Assembly: GCA_030149205.1 (NCBI GenBank) | Contig: JASBSB010000005.1 | Coordinates: 1 to 32,000 of the forward strand | DNA length: 32,000 nucleotides | Direction: 5' to 3' | Origin: Candidatus Heimdallarchaeota archaeon | Lineage (GTDB): Archaea > Asgardarchaeota > Heimdallarchaeia > Heimdallarchaeales > Kariarchaeaceae | In this document: piece by piece, positions 8,266 to 18,380 of the stretch | How positions within the stretch are numbered: the first letter of the stretch is position 1 | How the letters are laid out: every line of letters starts with the position of its first letter | Position numbers and translations under genes: made by a program | The notes under the pieces: model-generated | Told to the model about the DNA's origin: nothing | What the model saw: only the letters and a program-made list of their open reading frames with translations | The model's database searches: none

Positions 8266-9621
8266 CTACTTTTTCTTTGCACCATTTGTTCTCCTTAGGA
8301 GTATGTAACCAGAAATCCCAGCAATGAATGAAGCAATTAAGATTGCTATTTTTGACACTGATAACACAATCGGGTTCAATTCAAATGCTAATGTTGCGAT
8401 AAACGTCGACATGGTAAATCCTATCCCTGCCAGAAACCCGAGCCCTAGTATATGATTCCACGTTAACCCCGTTGGTAATTTTGCAAAGCCTGACTGTAAA
8501 GCTATATATGATGCAAGAAATATCCCCAATGGTTTTCCAATAGCCAACCCAAGAATTATCCCAAGAGAAACAGGGTGGGAAATAGCATCTATCGAGTTAG
8601 CTGAAAATTTAACCCCTGCATTTGCTAAGGCAAAAATGGGCATAACCGTAAATGTTACCCAAGGAGCAAGTGAATGTTCCAACCTTTGAAGGGGAGATTC
8701 AACTTCTTGACAATTGTGTTCAAGTTTGGCTATTGTATCCATATAGATGGATAACTCCTTCGCTGAAAATTCCTTATCAATTGTTGCATCTGTAAGGTTT
8801 TGAATTAATAATTTTGATTTGTCCCTAAATTCTACAAAATCAATTTTTACGGTTGCAGGGATTGTCATAGCTAATATGACTCCAGCGATAGTAGCATGTA
8901 TTCCAGACCCAAAAAAACCGTACCACATAACAGCTCCAATCAACATATAAGGGAGGATTCTCCTCACATTTAGCAGGTTTAGACCGACAAGCAAAAGAAA
9001 CATCACCAGTGCCAAAACCAAATAATTGAACTTGATGCTACCTGAATAAAATACTGCAATAATCAATATGGCAGCAATATCGTCAATAATCGCAAGTGAA
9101 GCTAAAAATACTCGAGCTGTCATTGGAACCCTGTTTCCGAGTAGATAGAGCACACCAAGTGCAAATGCAATATCTGTGGCTGCTGGAATAGCCCAGCCCT
9201 TTGTGTTTAGTGGGTTTGACATATTAAAGGCAAGATACAACCCTGCTGGGACTAATATCCCACCTATAGCTGCAGTGATGGGTAGCATGGCTGCTTTCAA
9301 GTTTCTAAGTTCCCCGATAAGAATCTCTCGCTTAACTTCTAAACCAACCAAGAGAAAGAAAATTGCCATAAGAAGATCATTAATCCAAAGTGTAAGAGGT
9401 TTTGAAAGTATGAAACTCCCTGAAGAAACAGTAAAATAAATGTGCCAAAAATCATAATATCCTTTATTGTCAACATTTGCCCATATCAGGGCTACAATTA
9501 CTGTGGCAATCAAAATTATTCCACTGGTTGCTTCATATTTTAAGAATTTTCTAAAGGGTGTTGCTATTTTTTCAGCTGGGGTATCACGCCTCATTCTCAT
9601 GATGTTTGTACTATGAACCAT
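8266..9621 (-). CDS. nhaA: Na+/H+ antiporter NhaA
   Basis: WINDLLMAIFFLLVGLEVKRE, GWAIPAATDIAFALG, LAIIDD, SGIHATIAGV and GIGFTMS motifs. Confidence 0.95.
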   Translation of the reverse strand: MVHSTNIMRMRRDTPAEKIATPFRKFLKYEATSGIILIATVIVALIWANVDNKGYYDFWHIYFTVSSGSFILSKPLTLWINDLLMAIFFLLVGLEVKREILIGELRNLKAAMLPITAAIGGILVPAGLYLAFNMSNPLNTKGWAIPAATDIAFALGVLYLLGNRVPMTARVFLASLAIIDDIAAILIIAVFYSGSIKFNYLVLALVMFLLLVGLNLLNVRRILPYMLIGAVMWYGFFGSGIHATIAGVILAMTIPATVKIDFVEFRDKSKLLIQNLTDATIDKEFSAKELSIYMDTIAKLEHNCQEVESPLQRLEHSLAPWVTFTVMPIFALANAGVKFSANSIDAISHPVSLGIILGLAIGKPLGIFLASYIALQSGFAKLPTGLTWNHILGLGFLAGIGFTMSTFIATLAFELNPIVLSVSKIAILIASFIAGISGYILLRRTNGAKKK

Positions 9622-9794
9622 AAATTAGGTGAAGTGTCTTAAATTATAAATTAATTCGTTAAAACCCATGAAAAATAATTGAATTACTAAAAAATCCTAA
9701 AATTCTCATTTAAAATTAAAATATCCTTATAGTATTAGAGTATCTCATATTTTATAGTATTATTTAGTTTATTTATCGCTAGATTCTATTACAA

Positions 9795-11243
9795 TTAAGG
9801 CTCAAGTTTTGATGGGGGATAAAGCTTGTTCGATCTTAATTTGATTCTCTTCCTAACTCTAAAAATATGTGTCATGACACCAATTATAATTCCACCAAAG
9901 ATAAATATTGACAGTACCGCTGGTGGTGGTGGAAATAGAAGGAAAATTAATTCCTCATAGAAAGGCCTTCGTTGGTAATAACCATTATCGGGAATAATTC
10001 CAGCGTTAGTAAACAGGAGGGTGCTAATATTTATGGTTATCTCTGTGAAATTATATCCGAGATTCCCTGCACGATCCCTTGTTTCAATAAAAAATGTAAG
10101 CTTTTTTTGTTCTTTAGTTCGCTCAGAATACGATAAATTTGATATCCAAGTTTTATTCCATGTAACTTGAATATATGTTTTGTTGTAACCAGTCTTCAGT
10201 ATTTCATCTGCAACCATATCACCTGAGAAATCCAGAGAAATATTGTAAATAAACCCATTATCTGGTGGGTTAGAATCATTGGCCTTCCAATTCAAGGTTA
10301 TGTTTGTATAATCTAGGGTTTTGTGGTTTGGCTTAATAATCACCATTGGAGAGAGCCTATCAAGAATGATCTTCACTGGAACTATAAGCTCTTGCATATT
10401 ATTTTCAATGTCAAATGCTCTTAGAAGAAGCAGACCAGAGCCAACAAATCTAAAAAGTTTTGCAAAAGAAATGTTATATCCAACGTATTGAATTGTGGTT
10501 CTGTTCATGAGGACCCTATACTTGTTACTGTTTAGATAAAATGGTTGATTCTCACCTAAGTTATCGCCCCCAGTCAGAAATGTCATGTTATAGGAAGAGT
10601 CATTTGTTAAAAAATAAATGTAAAGACTTCTTGGAAACCTGTTATCTGTCACGATTATGTTAAAGTTGGTCTGTAACCTTGGGTTAGAAGAGAAATCTAA
10701 TACAGAAGGAAGAGTCCCTTTAGACCCATTAAACCTATTAGTAAAATCATTTGAAGAAATCTCTATTTTTGGCTTTGTCGTGTCATTGTTATAGTTAACC
10801 TGAAGGTAATACTTAACTGATGCAATTTCCATATCATAGTTTAACCCAGTTATTTTTAGGGTGTAGTTCCCAGAACCATACCCTCTGCGGTCCTTTGGCA
10901 AGAAAGTGATGTTCCAATTTGTGGAATTTATCTGTATCACCCTCGCTGGCACCTTTAAATATTTGTAATAACTTGGTCCACCAATTAAAGACACGTTTAT
11001 TGAAGGTTTCGGAACCAAGGAACCATTGGAATATTTGAACAGAACCGTCTCAGTTAGATTATCAAAATCTAGATGAACTGTTCCTGATTTATGGGATAAA
11101 TTTAACATGGCATTTGATTCAACTGCAAATTCGGAGTTAGATTTATCCTGGCTAATTAAGTCCAACTCAGAAGGTATATCCATGTTTCCAGTTGGTAGCA
11201 TTAACCAGATAAGAAGTATGAAGATACATGAACTGAATTTCAC
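9795..11243 (-). CDS. Secreted, C-terminally anchored surface protein with Ig-like segments
   Basis: N-terminal signal-like segment, many NxS/T sequons, DTTKP / DRLSP / DRAGN Ig-repeat-type motifs, TM helix near the C-terminus followed by basic RVRKRIK. Confidence 0.75.
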   Translation of the reverse strand: MKFSSCIFILLIWLMLPTGNMDIPSELDLISQDKSNSEFAVESNAMLNLSHKSGTVHLDFDNLTETVLFKYSNGSLVPKPSINVSLIGGPSYYKYLKVPARVIQINSTNWNITFLPKDRRGYGSGNYTLKITGLNYDMEIASVKYYLQVNYNNDTTKPKIEISSNDFTNRFNGSKGTLPSVLDFSSNPRLQTNFNIIVTDNRFPRSLYIYFLTNDSSYNMTFLTGGDNLGENQPFYLNSNKYRVLMNRTTIQYVGYNISFAKLFRFVGSGLLLLRAFDIENNMQELIVPVKIILDRLSPMVIIKPNHKTLDYTNITLNWKANDSNPPDNGFIYNISLDFSGDMVADEILKTGYNKTYIQVTWNKTWISNLSYSERTKEQKKLTFFIETRDRAGNLGYNFTEITINISTLLFTNAGIIPDNGYYQRRPFYEELIFLLFPPPPAVLSIFIFGGIIIGVMTHIFRVRKRIKLRSNKLYPPSKLEP

Positions 11244-11385
11244 ACATATTGATACCTTTGCACAGTAAAAAGTCTTACCACCTAAAATTTATTACAAGGA
11301 GAAAATGTTTGATTAAATCAATTTTTAGTCTGAACAATCTACAAATTATCCTTATCCTACAAATTATCTTATTCTAGATATTGCA

Positions 11386-11763
11386 CTAAACTGTATTTAC
11401 CTGTTGAACAGGTCTCAAAGATCCCTGTTCTTGTTTGGTAATTTTGTGATAAACCCAGAAACTTGCCACAGCAATGGCTATCTGCAACCAAACACCAAAC
11501 CATTTAATCAAAGGATGAATAGTATCAGTTAAAATTGGTAGCCCCAACCAAGGAATCACATAATTCAATGCTATTAGATAAAAGATTACGAAAGTGTTTA
11601 CATATCTGCTTCCTCCAAAGTTATGACTAAACGAGCAGTAATTTGCTATCCAAAGTGGCTTGGTAGGGGAGTCTTTGTTTAATAGAGATGAGACAACCCC
11701 CATATTCCATTTGGATGCAGGTTTTTGACAGATGAAGCAGTGTTTGTCTTTAATATGTATCAA
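11386..11763 (-). CDS. Hypothetical membrane protein with a possible N-terminal Zn-binding motif
   Basis: CFIC...CSFSH followed by two hydrophobic helices. Confidence 0.6.
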   Translation of the reverse strand: MIHIKDKHCFICQKPASKWNMGVVSSLLNKDSPTKPLWIANYCSFSHNFGGSRYVNTFVIFYLIALNYVIPWLGLPILTDTIHPLIKWFGVWLQIAIAVASFWVYHKITKQEQGSLRPVQQVNTV

Positions 11764-11905
11764 TCATTTTTAAAATTTAAAACTTTATAGTTAAGTTAAG
11801 TCCAATAGATTACGGAAATGACCTCTCAAGTGTTTTTTAAGACTTAACTCAAGAATTATCATACCACAATCAAGGTAGTTGTTCCTAGAATGAACCATTT
11901 TATGT

Positions 11906-12601
11906 CTAGCCAAAAAACTCTCTTGTGATCTGGGTTTTGTCCACCCCAATTCCGATGAGTTTTGATCGTAAGGATTTCACGAACTCAGATTTACCAGCAA
12001 TGTAAAACTCATTGGTTAGATGTTCTGCAAATATTTGATCCAATTCTTTTTTCTTGGGTTTTCCCTGAGCCCATCCAGGGTTTTGGTCTGTAATTTGTAT
12101 CGGGACATATTGAATTTGAAGTAGATTAGAAAATTTCTCAACAAAGGGAGGGTAAAGAGAAGTGAATTCAGGAGTTAAGACATCTATAATGAGGTTCTCT
12201 TGTGTGTATAGATCTTTGTGATCAGCCATAAACTGTAGGTGAGCAATATTTGCAACAGAGCCTATGTTTAATGAGATAAACACTTTTTTTGTCTGAGTTT
12301 TTTGTAGAAGATATCGTCCCTTTGGACCGTTGAACTTGAAAGTCTCACCATTTTTCAACGAGTGCAAAAATTCACCAACGTGAGATCCTGGGTAATTTTC
12401 AACCATTATTTGGAAGATTTCTGGGTGTTCCACACTGGAGGTGATTGTGTAGTCTGCAACCCTTTCCTCACCTTCTATTCGATTTTTAGTCACAATAAAC
12501 TGTCCAGAATCCCAGATAAATGGAGTGGATGGATGAATCTCTATGAGCTTGACTGAATCTGTTAGGCTGATGCTCTTGGTTATCTCACCCTTTTGGTACA
12601 T
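11906..12601 (-). CDS. Ferredoxin-NADP reductase-like FAD-binding oxidoreductase with degenerate motifs
   Basis: GQF, DYTITS, GP.G.Y and FYIAG segments and C-terminal REFFG follow the FNR-family layout. Confidence 0.8.
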   Translation of the reverse strand: MYQKGEITKSISLTDSVKLIEIHPSTPFIWDSGQFIVTKNRIEGEERVADYTITSSVEHPEIFQIMVENYPGSHVGEFLHSLKNGETFKFNGPKGRYLLQKTQTKKVFISLNIGSVANIAHLQFMADHKDLYTQENLIIDVLTPEFTSLYPPFVEKFSNLLQIQYVPIQITDQNPGWAQGKPKKKELDQIFAEHLTNEFYIAGKSEFVKSLRSKLIGIGVDKTQITREFFG

Positions 12602-12961
12602 ACATTGTTATTTTGTGTTAACTTAAAAAAATTGAGGAAACGGAAGACTCTGTTCTTTTTTATTTAATAGCTAAATGAAGAATATGAATATTTACAACTT
12701 ATGACCTCCCTATTAAAAGATCTAGTCTTGCTAAATTAAGTTCTAGTAACTTAAATTCTTTCATTGATAAAGCTGAGATATAGACCTGAATTATCCTCTT
12801 CACGATAATCCTTTTACATAGAATAGATTAATAAAATTATAATCAGTTAATTAACGACTTTGACTAAAAAATTAAAATTAGAAGAGGAATAATAGGAATG
12901 AAAGTTGTTAGGTTAAATCAATAAAAAACGAAATCCATCCTTCAATATTTCAATTGATATT

Positions 12962-15900
12962 CTATTCTTCAGACAATTCCTCATTAAAGTTAAATTCTGG
13001 CAGATCATCAAATAGAGACTCTGTGGTTGAACCATTGGTGATGGTATCAATGACATTATAGTTCCAACCCTCTTTGATAGTTTTGTAGATTGTTTCTAAG
13101 ATGAGATCTTTGGACCTCAGATACTCCACCAGTACCTCCAACGTTAAGGGAAGTTCTGCCTCTTTCAAAGAATTTGCTAGTGGAATGAATAGATCAAAGT
13201 TCATTCTTATATTTCTGCTGATTGAGTTGTTATTTTGAACCTTTGGTATTTGAGAAACATCTATCTTAAGAAAATCCTTTAGCTGTAGGTTAAGATTAGA
13301 ATCAATCAACATTTGCTTCACAACCTCAGGGTCAATGTCATGGATCTTGATGGCATCGTTAATGAAACCCTTAAATTTGTCCTCAATTCTTTGATGAGCT
13401 ATTGTGATCTTTTTCAGGTATGACTCAGGTAGTGGTTTTTCTGCAACTATGATAAATGTTGAGCGTTTGTTTTTGTGGGAGATAATTGAGAGCCCAGATC
13501 GTTGCATAACCTCAACACCTAACTCTTCATCCTTTAACTCACTGAGGACAGAGGAGATTGCTGTGGTTAACCCAGAAAGTAACGCTGGATCGACAGTAGA
13601 ACTTTCAGACCAAATTTGATCATAGAAGGGGATACCTGTACTGTTGCTCTTTATCAAAATTGTGGAGATCGAACGTAAGGCATCAATTTCTTCGACAATA
13701 TTGAGGTTCTCCGCTTCAATCATTTTCTTTTGTATTTTAGTCTTTCTTCGTCTGATCAAGAGTAAGAACAAGAATAGAGCTAAGAAGGCAAGTATACCAA
13801 CAAAAACTAAAAGATTCTTCTCAATGAGTTTCCTTGCTTCTTGGACATAATCTAGCCATGTCTTGTTGGGACTAAGTATTTTTGGTAGGACACTTGAATT
13901 AATAATTCCTGGTGAAGTCAAGTTCTGGTCAACAACGCTTGCCTGGATTGAGGTGATAGATTTAAAGGTACTTGTTACACTTCCTGGGATTGTATAGATT
14001 GCATACCCCTGTTTGTTTGTCTTTACTGTTGTTAATATCTCTGACTGAGTATTTGTGACACCAGTATAAACAATCTTGAAAGTAATATTAACCCCAGCAA
14101 CTGGACCATTATCGTATCCTATTAATGATTGAAGATTTAACATTGAGCTAGTCTGTTTTCTTGGTGCGTAAGTTACCAGAGCAGAAACAGTGTAATTTTC
14201 TCCCTGTCGCAAGGTATTGGACGCCTCTAGTGAAAGTAATACCTGTGGGTTTTCTACAACAACAATCTTTCCAAAGTTGAGTGTCTCATAGCTGAATCTG
14301 TTTGTTCTAAACTTCCATTCATAGGTTCCCTTAGCTAAGCCTGTGTAATTCAACAAGAGATTAAAGTATCCACTGGAATTTGTTTGTGCTGGTGCAAAGC
14401 TCTTGATTACCTGTCCCTTTGTATAACCAGTCACATTTAGAGCAGTCAGGTTCATGTAAAGCTCACCCTTAGGTACAAATTCACCGGTCAGATTTGTCCA
14501 TCTTAGTGTAATTAGCTCTAAGTCTCCTCTAAAGACCTTTGGAGTAACCTGGGAGATCATATTAATTTTTGTCTCAATGATAACTGGATTCTTTATGGTT
14601 AATGTCACTGATTGAGAGACTGAGTTTCCATAGTTGTCCTGGAATTTCACGGTTATATTGTGGACACCTAGACTAAGGTTAGTTACATTAAATGAGATTG
14701 TCTGGTTATTTGCAAAAGATCCACTCTGCACAGTTTTTCCATCTAATATTATAGAATAATCTTTAGGGTTAATTTCCTGCACTCTCCACATCAGTAAATT
14801 TGTCTTCTCTGGATTCTTAAAGATTCGAAGAGAAGTTGGGGGAGAAGAAAGGAGTTTGGGTGGTGTGGTGTCTTTAACTGTAATAATCACAACATCCCTT
14901 GACATCAGATTGCTGGTGTCATAGGCAACAATGGTGAAATTATAAATCCCCACATTAAATGAATCTAACAACACAGAGACATTTTGTCCACTAACCCAAG
15001 AACCAGACCTATAAACGCTATTGTTCAACAGAATCTGATATTGATAGGGATGCACATCTGTGAGTACCCAGGAGATGATTGTGCCATTGATTCCTGCTTC
15101 TTTTATCACGTTTGTCTGAGGAGTTATGTTCGGAGGGGTGACATCTGATACTGTTATCGGTTGAGATATTTCTGCATAGTTTCCTGCGAGGTCATAAGTC
15201 CTTAACTTAAAGATGTAAACACCTTTTGGAAGTCCATCTACATTAATTGATACCTCTGCTCCGCTTGTCCATGTATTTGTGTACGTAAGAGTGTTGTTGA
15301 TGAACACATCATAGTAAGAGGCATGAAGATCTGTTGATATGAATTTAAACTGGTTCCCTGTTGTTCCCTCAGCATATCCTGAGAGGCTTGTAAATGTTAT
15401 AACTGGCTTAGTTACATCTCTTACAGTCACAGTTACATTACTCACTGCCTTGTTTCCTGCACTGTCTAATACCTGAAGTGAGTAATAATATACACCATAA
15501 ACCATTGAGTTTAGATTGTATGATATAGAGGTACCACTCCAAGGTTGATTCGTGACAGTTATTGAGTTATTTAGATAAATCGAATACGTGGCAGGGTAAG
15601 TGTCGTAGACCGTCCATGATAACACCGAGCTTTGTCCTTCATCCATGGTCACATTTGAATGAGGTACTATGGTTGGACTTTTGTTGTCTGTTACTTGGAA
15701 CTCATATAACACTGTTGTGTTTGCTAAAGATGCACTAGTTCGAAATCCTGGGTATACCCAGTTGAATTGGATTGCATTCCACCCAAGTCTGAACACAGAA
15801 GACCAAGGGATGGTAAAGTTAAATTGTGCTAATCTGTAATCATACACAAATGAAGAGCTGATGTTGTTAGACACAAGGATCTTAGATGAATTAACGGGAA

Positions 15901-18184
15901 CAGATCCCCCTGTAACATTCAACAACGAGAAGTATAGTTTGTATGTGTTGTTTGCCTGCAGAACGCTTTGCGTGGTTGCTTTACCTTGTTGATCAACGAT
16001 TTTGGCAAGACCACGATAATAAACATTAAGGGTAAAACTGACAGATTTTATGATTTGAAAATCATTAAATGTTATGGCCACAGAATACGTTGTGTTCTTT
16101 ACAGGGTTTGCAGGATATGCTAACACAGAAAGGTCAATGATGTAAGAATACATGTATCTTGCATCATTTGGAACCTTACCCAGTAAAGTCATCGCACCAG
16201 TTGAGATCTGCCAATCAAGTAAATTTGATGAGCTGCTCCAACTGGAGTTATGTGTTCGATCCAATACCAAAACCGTCACATTGACCTTGTCACCTTCTAA
16301 TGCATTATAACTCCCAATTGGGCTGTTTAACTCCAGAGAAACGTTTGCTTTAACCAAAAACTCTTCAAACACCCCTCCAATTGCAGTTCCATTGTTGAAA
16401 ATATATTGGAAACTGTAATAACCTGTGGTGATGTTTGGATCAAGATTTGTGATAAAAGACCCATTTGTGACTAATCCTAAATTTGCAGAACTTAGATATC
16501 CATCCTTGTATGTTAAATATGATTGATTTGTATAAATCTGACCGGTCTGAGACCGTAAGGATGCGTTCAGTACCCCATTTTCTAATTTGTAACTTGCAAG
16601 GTTGACTACCTCACCCCTCACAAGACTTCCCTGTTTTACACTTGGATAAAGGGTTCCAGCGGTTCCGATCTTCTTTGGAATCCAAGTAGAATTCAATACA
16701 TAGGTTTTCACCGTTGAGTAAAACAGTAGGTTTGGAGTGGTTGCATTGATTTCTAGTGTTCCTGAGGTTGTGTAGAACTGAAGTGTGTCATTTGCTGAGC
16801 TAAATACCTTTCTTGTATAATCCGAAGGTGTTGTTAATGTCAATCCACTCCGTCTTAATGTTGTTAAGGTAAAGTTATGTGGAATGTACATGAATTTCTT
16901 TAGTGTTGCATTAGATGTGGGTAATGTATCTAAGTAAGTTACAGACCAGTTAACAGATGCGATCTTGGGGGAGAACTCATAATAGACTGATGCAAGTGAA
17001 TTAGTAACCTTGGTTTGATAATAGGTGATATTAAATTGAACAGGGTATCCATATGCTAAAGTGGCATTATGACTAAAAATATAGGTTTGTGTGGTAGTAT
17101 ATGATTTATATTGATTATAGGTATTACTGGGACTCAACGGAGTTATAACAGCGTTATTTTCAACTGTCACATTGAGATTGCTCGGGTTAAAGTTAACAGT
17201 ATAGTTAAAATCTGACCTAATATCAAAGTTAGGTCTATAGGTCCAATTGTTAGGAAGAATGTTTGCAGTATCAATTTTTGAAGCTGAAGTAAAATTATAA
17301 TTTAGCCCTGAATCAACTCCAGTGGTATTGTAATCTAAAAACAATTGCTTTGTTGGATCTGGAACTTTTATATAAAACAGAAAGAAAAAATATCCAGCTG
17401 TGATATTTGAATAAGTGGTACTCTTACTTATAATTGTATTGGAAGGAAAATTTAAAGATAATTTTGGATTAGTTCCTGGACTAGTTACATTTACTTCTGA
17501 AATTTTAAAGGAAGGAGTTAACCGTTGATCCAAAGATCGATTTATTGCACTCCACAATTCAACCGTTAACAATCCAGGATTTGAGAAGGGATTAAAAACG
17601 TAAATATTCATAGAATTAAAATTTACTGATTTGACCGAACTTGAAATATTATTCAATACTGGTAATTGGAAACCTTGTGCTTGTACTATATAATTGGAAG
17701 CTTGACCAGAACCAGCCTTAGTACTCCCTGACTCTATTATTGCTTGAGTTTCTTGTGATTTTGCAGAAACAGTTGCATTAAATGCATCATACCTTCCGTT
17801 TTGCACTGGGACACTCATAGAATATGGTGAGGGTTGATTTATAGCAGTTCCAGCCTTTGAGTTATTGACCTGAAACCTGAAACCTTTAACAGATGTCTTC
17901 TTTACAGTATCAATCTTTGCAATAGAGGTTGTATTTCCATTTGATTTAGATGAAACATCGTTCTGAGGTAAATTAACAGTGGGTGAATTAACAGGTAAAT
18001 TTGGTGTATTTGTGGGTTGTTTCGGATGATTAATCTGAAACGTGGGGTTATTTTCCCTGGGGATGACAAGTGAAGTCTGAAAATAAATTGTGGAGAAAAC
18101 AAGAAGAACAATTATTGAAATTGTAAAAATTTTTATTTTACTGTTATTTACCTGAGGGAATCTAAGATGCATCAATTTCAGCAT
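12962..18184 (-). CDS. Large single-pass surface protein: Ig-like ectodomain, TM helix, cytoplasmic longin-like domain
   Basis: N-terminal hydrophobic segment; Asn/Ser/Thr-rich beta-type ectodomain; four Ig-like repeats; TM helix at about 13755-13820 followed by RRRK; cytoplasmic DPALLSGLTTAISS segment. Confidence 0.9.
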   Translation of the reverse strand: MLKLMHLRFPQVNNSKIKIFTISIIVLLVFSTIYFQTSLVIPRENNPTFQINHPKQPTNTPNLPVNSPTVNLPQNDVSSKSNGNTTSIAKIDTVKKTSVKGFRFQVNNSKAGTAINQPSPYSMSVPVQNGRYDAFNATVSAKSQETQAIIESGSTKAGSGQASNYIVQAQGFQLPVLNNISSSVKSVNFNSMNIYVFNPFSNPGLLTVELWSAINRSLDQRLTPSFKISEVNVTSPGTNPKLSLNFPSNTIISKSTTYSNITAGYFFFLFYIKVPDPTKQLFLDYNTTGVDSGLNYNFTSASKIDTANILPNNWTYRPNFDIRSDFNYTVNFNPSNLNVTVENNAVITPLSPSNTYNQYKSYTTTQTYIFSHNATLAYGYPVQFNITYYQTKVTNSLASVYYEFSPKIASVNWSVTYLDTLPTSNATLKKFMYIPHNFTLTTLRRSGLTLTTPSDYTRKVFSSANDTLQFYTTSGTLEINATTPNLLFYSTVKTYVLNSTWIPKKIGTAGTLYPSVKQGSLVRGEVVNLASYKLENGVLNASLRSQTGQIYTNQSYLTYKDGYLSSANLGLVTNGSFITNLDPNITTGYYSFQYIFNNGTAIGGVFEEFLVKANVSLELNSPIGSYNALEGDKVNVTVLVLDRTHNSSWSSSSNLLDWQISTGAMTLLGKVPNDARYMYSYIIDLSVLAYPANPVKNTTYSVAITFNDFQIIKSVSFTLNVYYRGLAKIVDQQGKATTQSVLQANNTYKLYFSLLNVTGGSVPVNSSKILVSNNISSSFVYDYRLAQFNFTIPWSSVFRLGWNAIQFNWVYPGFRTSASLANTTVLYEFQVTDNKSPTIVPHSNVTMDEGQSSVLSWTVYDTYPATYSIYLNNSITVTNQPWSGTSISYNLNSMVYGVYYYSLQVLDSAGNKAVSNVTVTVRDVTKPVITFTSLSGYAEGTTGNQFKFISTDLHASYYDVFINNTLTYTNTWTSGAEVSINVDGLPKGVYIFKLRTYDLAGNYAEISQPITVSDVTPPNITPQTNVIKEAGINGTIISWVLTDVHPYQYQILLNNSVYRSGSWVSGQNVSVLLDSFNVGIYNFTIVAYDTSNLMSRDVVIITVKDTTPPKLLSSPPTSLRIFKNPEKTNLLMWRVQEINPKDYSIILDGKTVQSGSFANNQTISFNVTNLSLGVHNITVKFQDNYGNSVSQSVTLTIKNPVIIETKINMISQVTPKVFRGDLELITLRWTNLTGEFVPKGELYMNLTALNVTGYTKGQVIKSFAPAQTNSSGYFNLLLNYTGLAKGTYEWKFRTNRFSYETLNFGKIVVVENPQVLLSLEASNTLRQGENYTVSALVTYAPRKQTSSMLNLQSLIGYDNGPVAGVNITFKIVYTGVTNTQSEILTTVKTNKQGYAIYTIPGSVTSTFKSITSIQASVVDQNLTSPGIINSSVLPKILSPNKTWLDYVQEARKLIEKNLLVFVGILAFLALFLFLLLIRRRKTKIQKKMIEAENLNIVEEIDALRSISTILIKSNSTGIPFYDQIWSESSTVDPALLSGLTTAISSVLSELKDEELGVEVMQRSGLSIISHKNKRSTFIIVAEKPLPESYLKKITIAHQRIEDKFKGFINDAIKIHDIDPEVVKQMLIDSNLNLQLKDFLKIDVSQIPKVQNNNSISRNIRMNFDLFIPLANSLKEAELPLTLEVLVEYLRSKDLILETIYKTIKEGWNYNVIDTITNGSTTESLFDDLPEFNFNEELSEE
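14591..15688 (-). repeat. Four tandem Ig-like protein repeats of about 91 aa
   Basis: Units start DNKSP, DVTKP, DVTPP and DTTPP, each with W....D..P..Y.I..N...W/F...G.Y.......D..GN; diverged at the DNA level. Confidence 0.8.
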
Positions 18185-18366
18185 GTTTATGGTTATTAAG
18201 ATTAATAACTTTTATAGATTATCACCAAAGTATACTATAATTATGTTAATTAAAGAAATAATATCAAGTTTTAGTATAACCACTATTTTTGTTTAACAAT
18301 TCGTGAACCAAAATTAACTAAGAAATAAGGAAGAAATCACCCGTTAGAGATAAGATATTTAATTAG

Positions 18367-18378
18367 GGTAATATTACC
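18367..18378. promoter_or_regulatory. 12-bp perfect palindrome GGTAATATTACC just before a start codon
   Basis: Perfect inverted repeat ending 2 nt before the TTG at 18381; contains the GTAATATTAC core also seen at 3761 and 4937. Confidence 0.35.
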
Positions 18379-18380
18379 TC

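Noticed and set aside
11339-11373. Two imperfect copies of CTACAAATTATC(C)TTAT
   Set aside because: Only two short adjacent units with no spacers; a local slippage duplication, not CRISPR.
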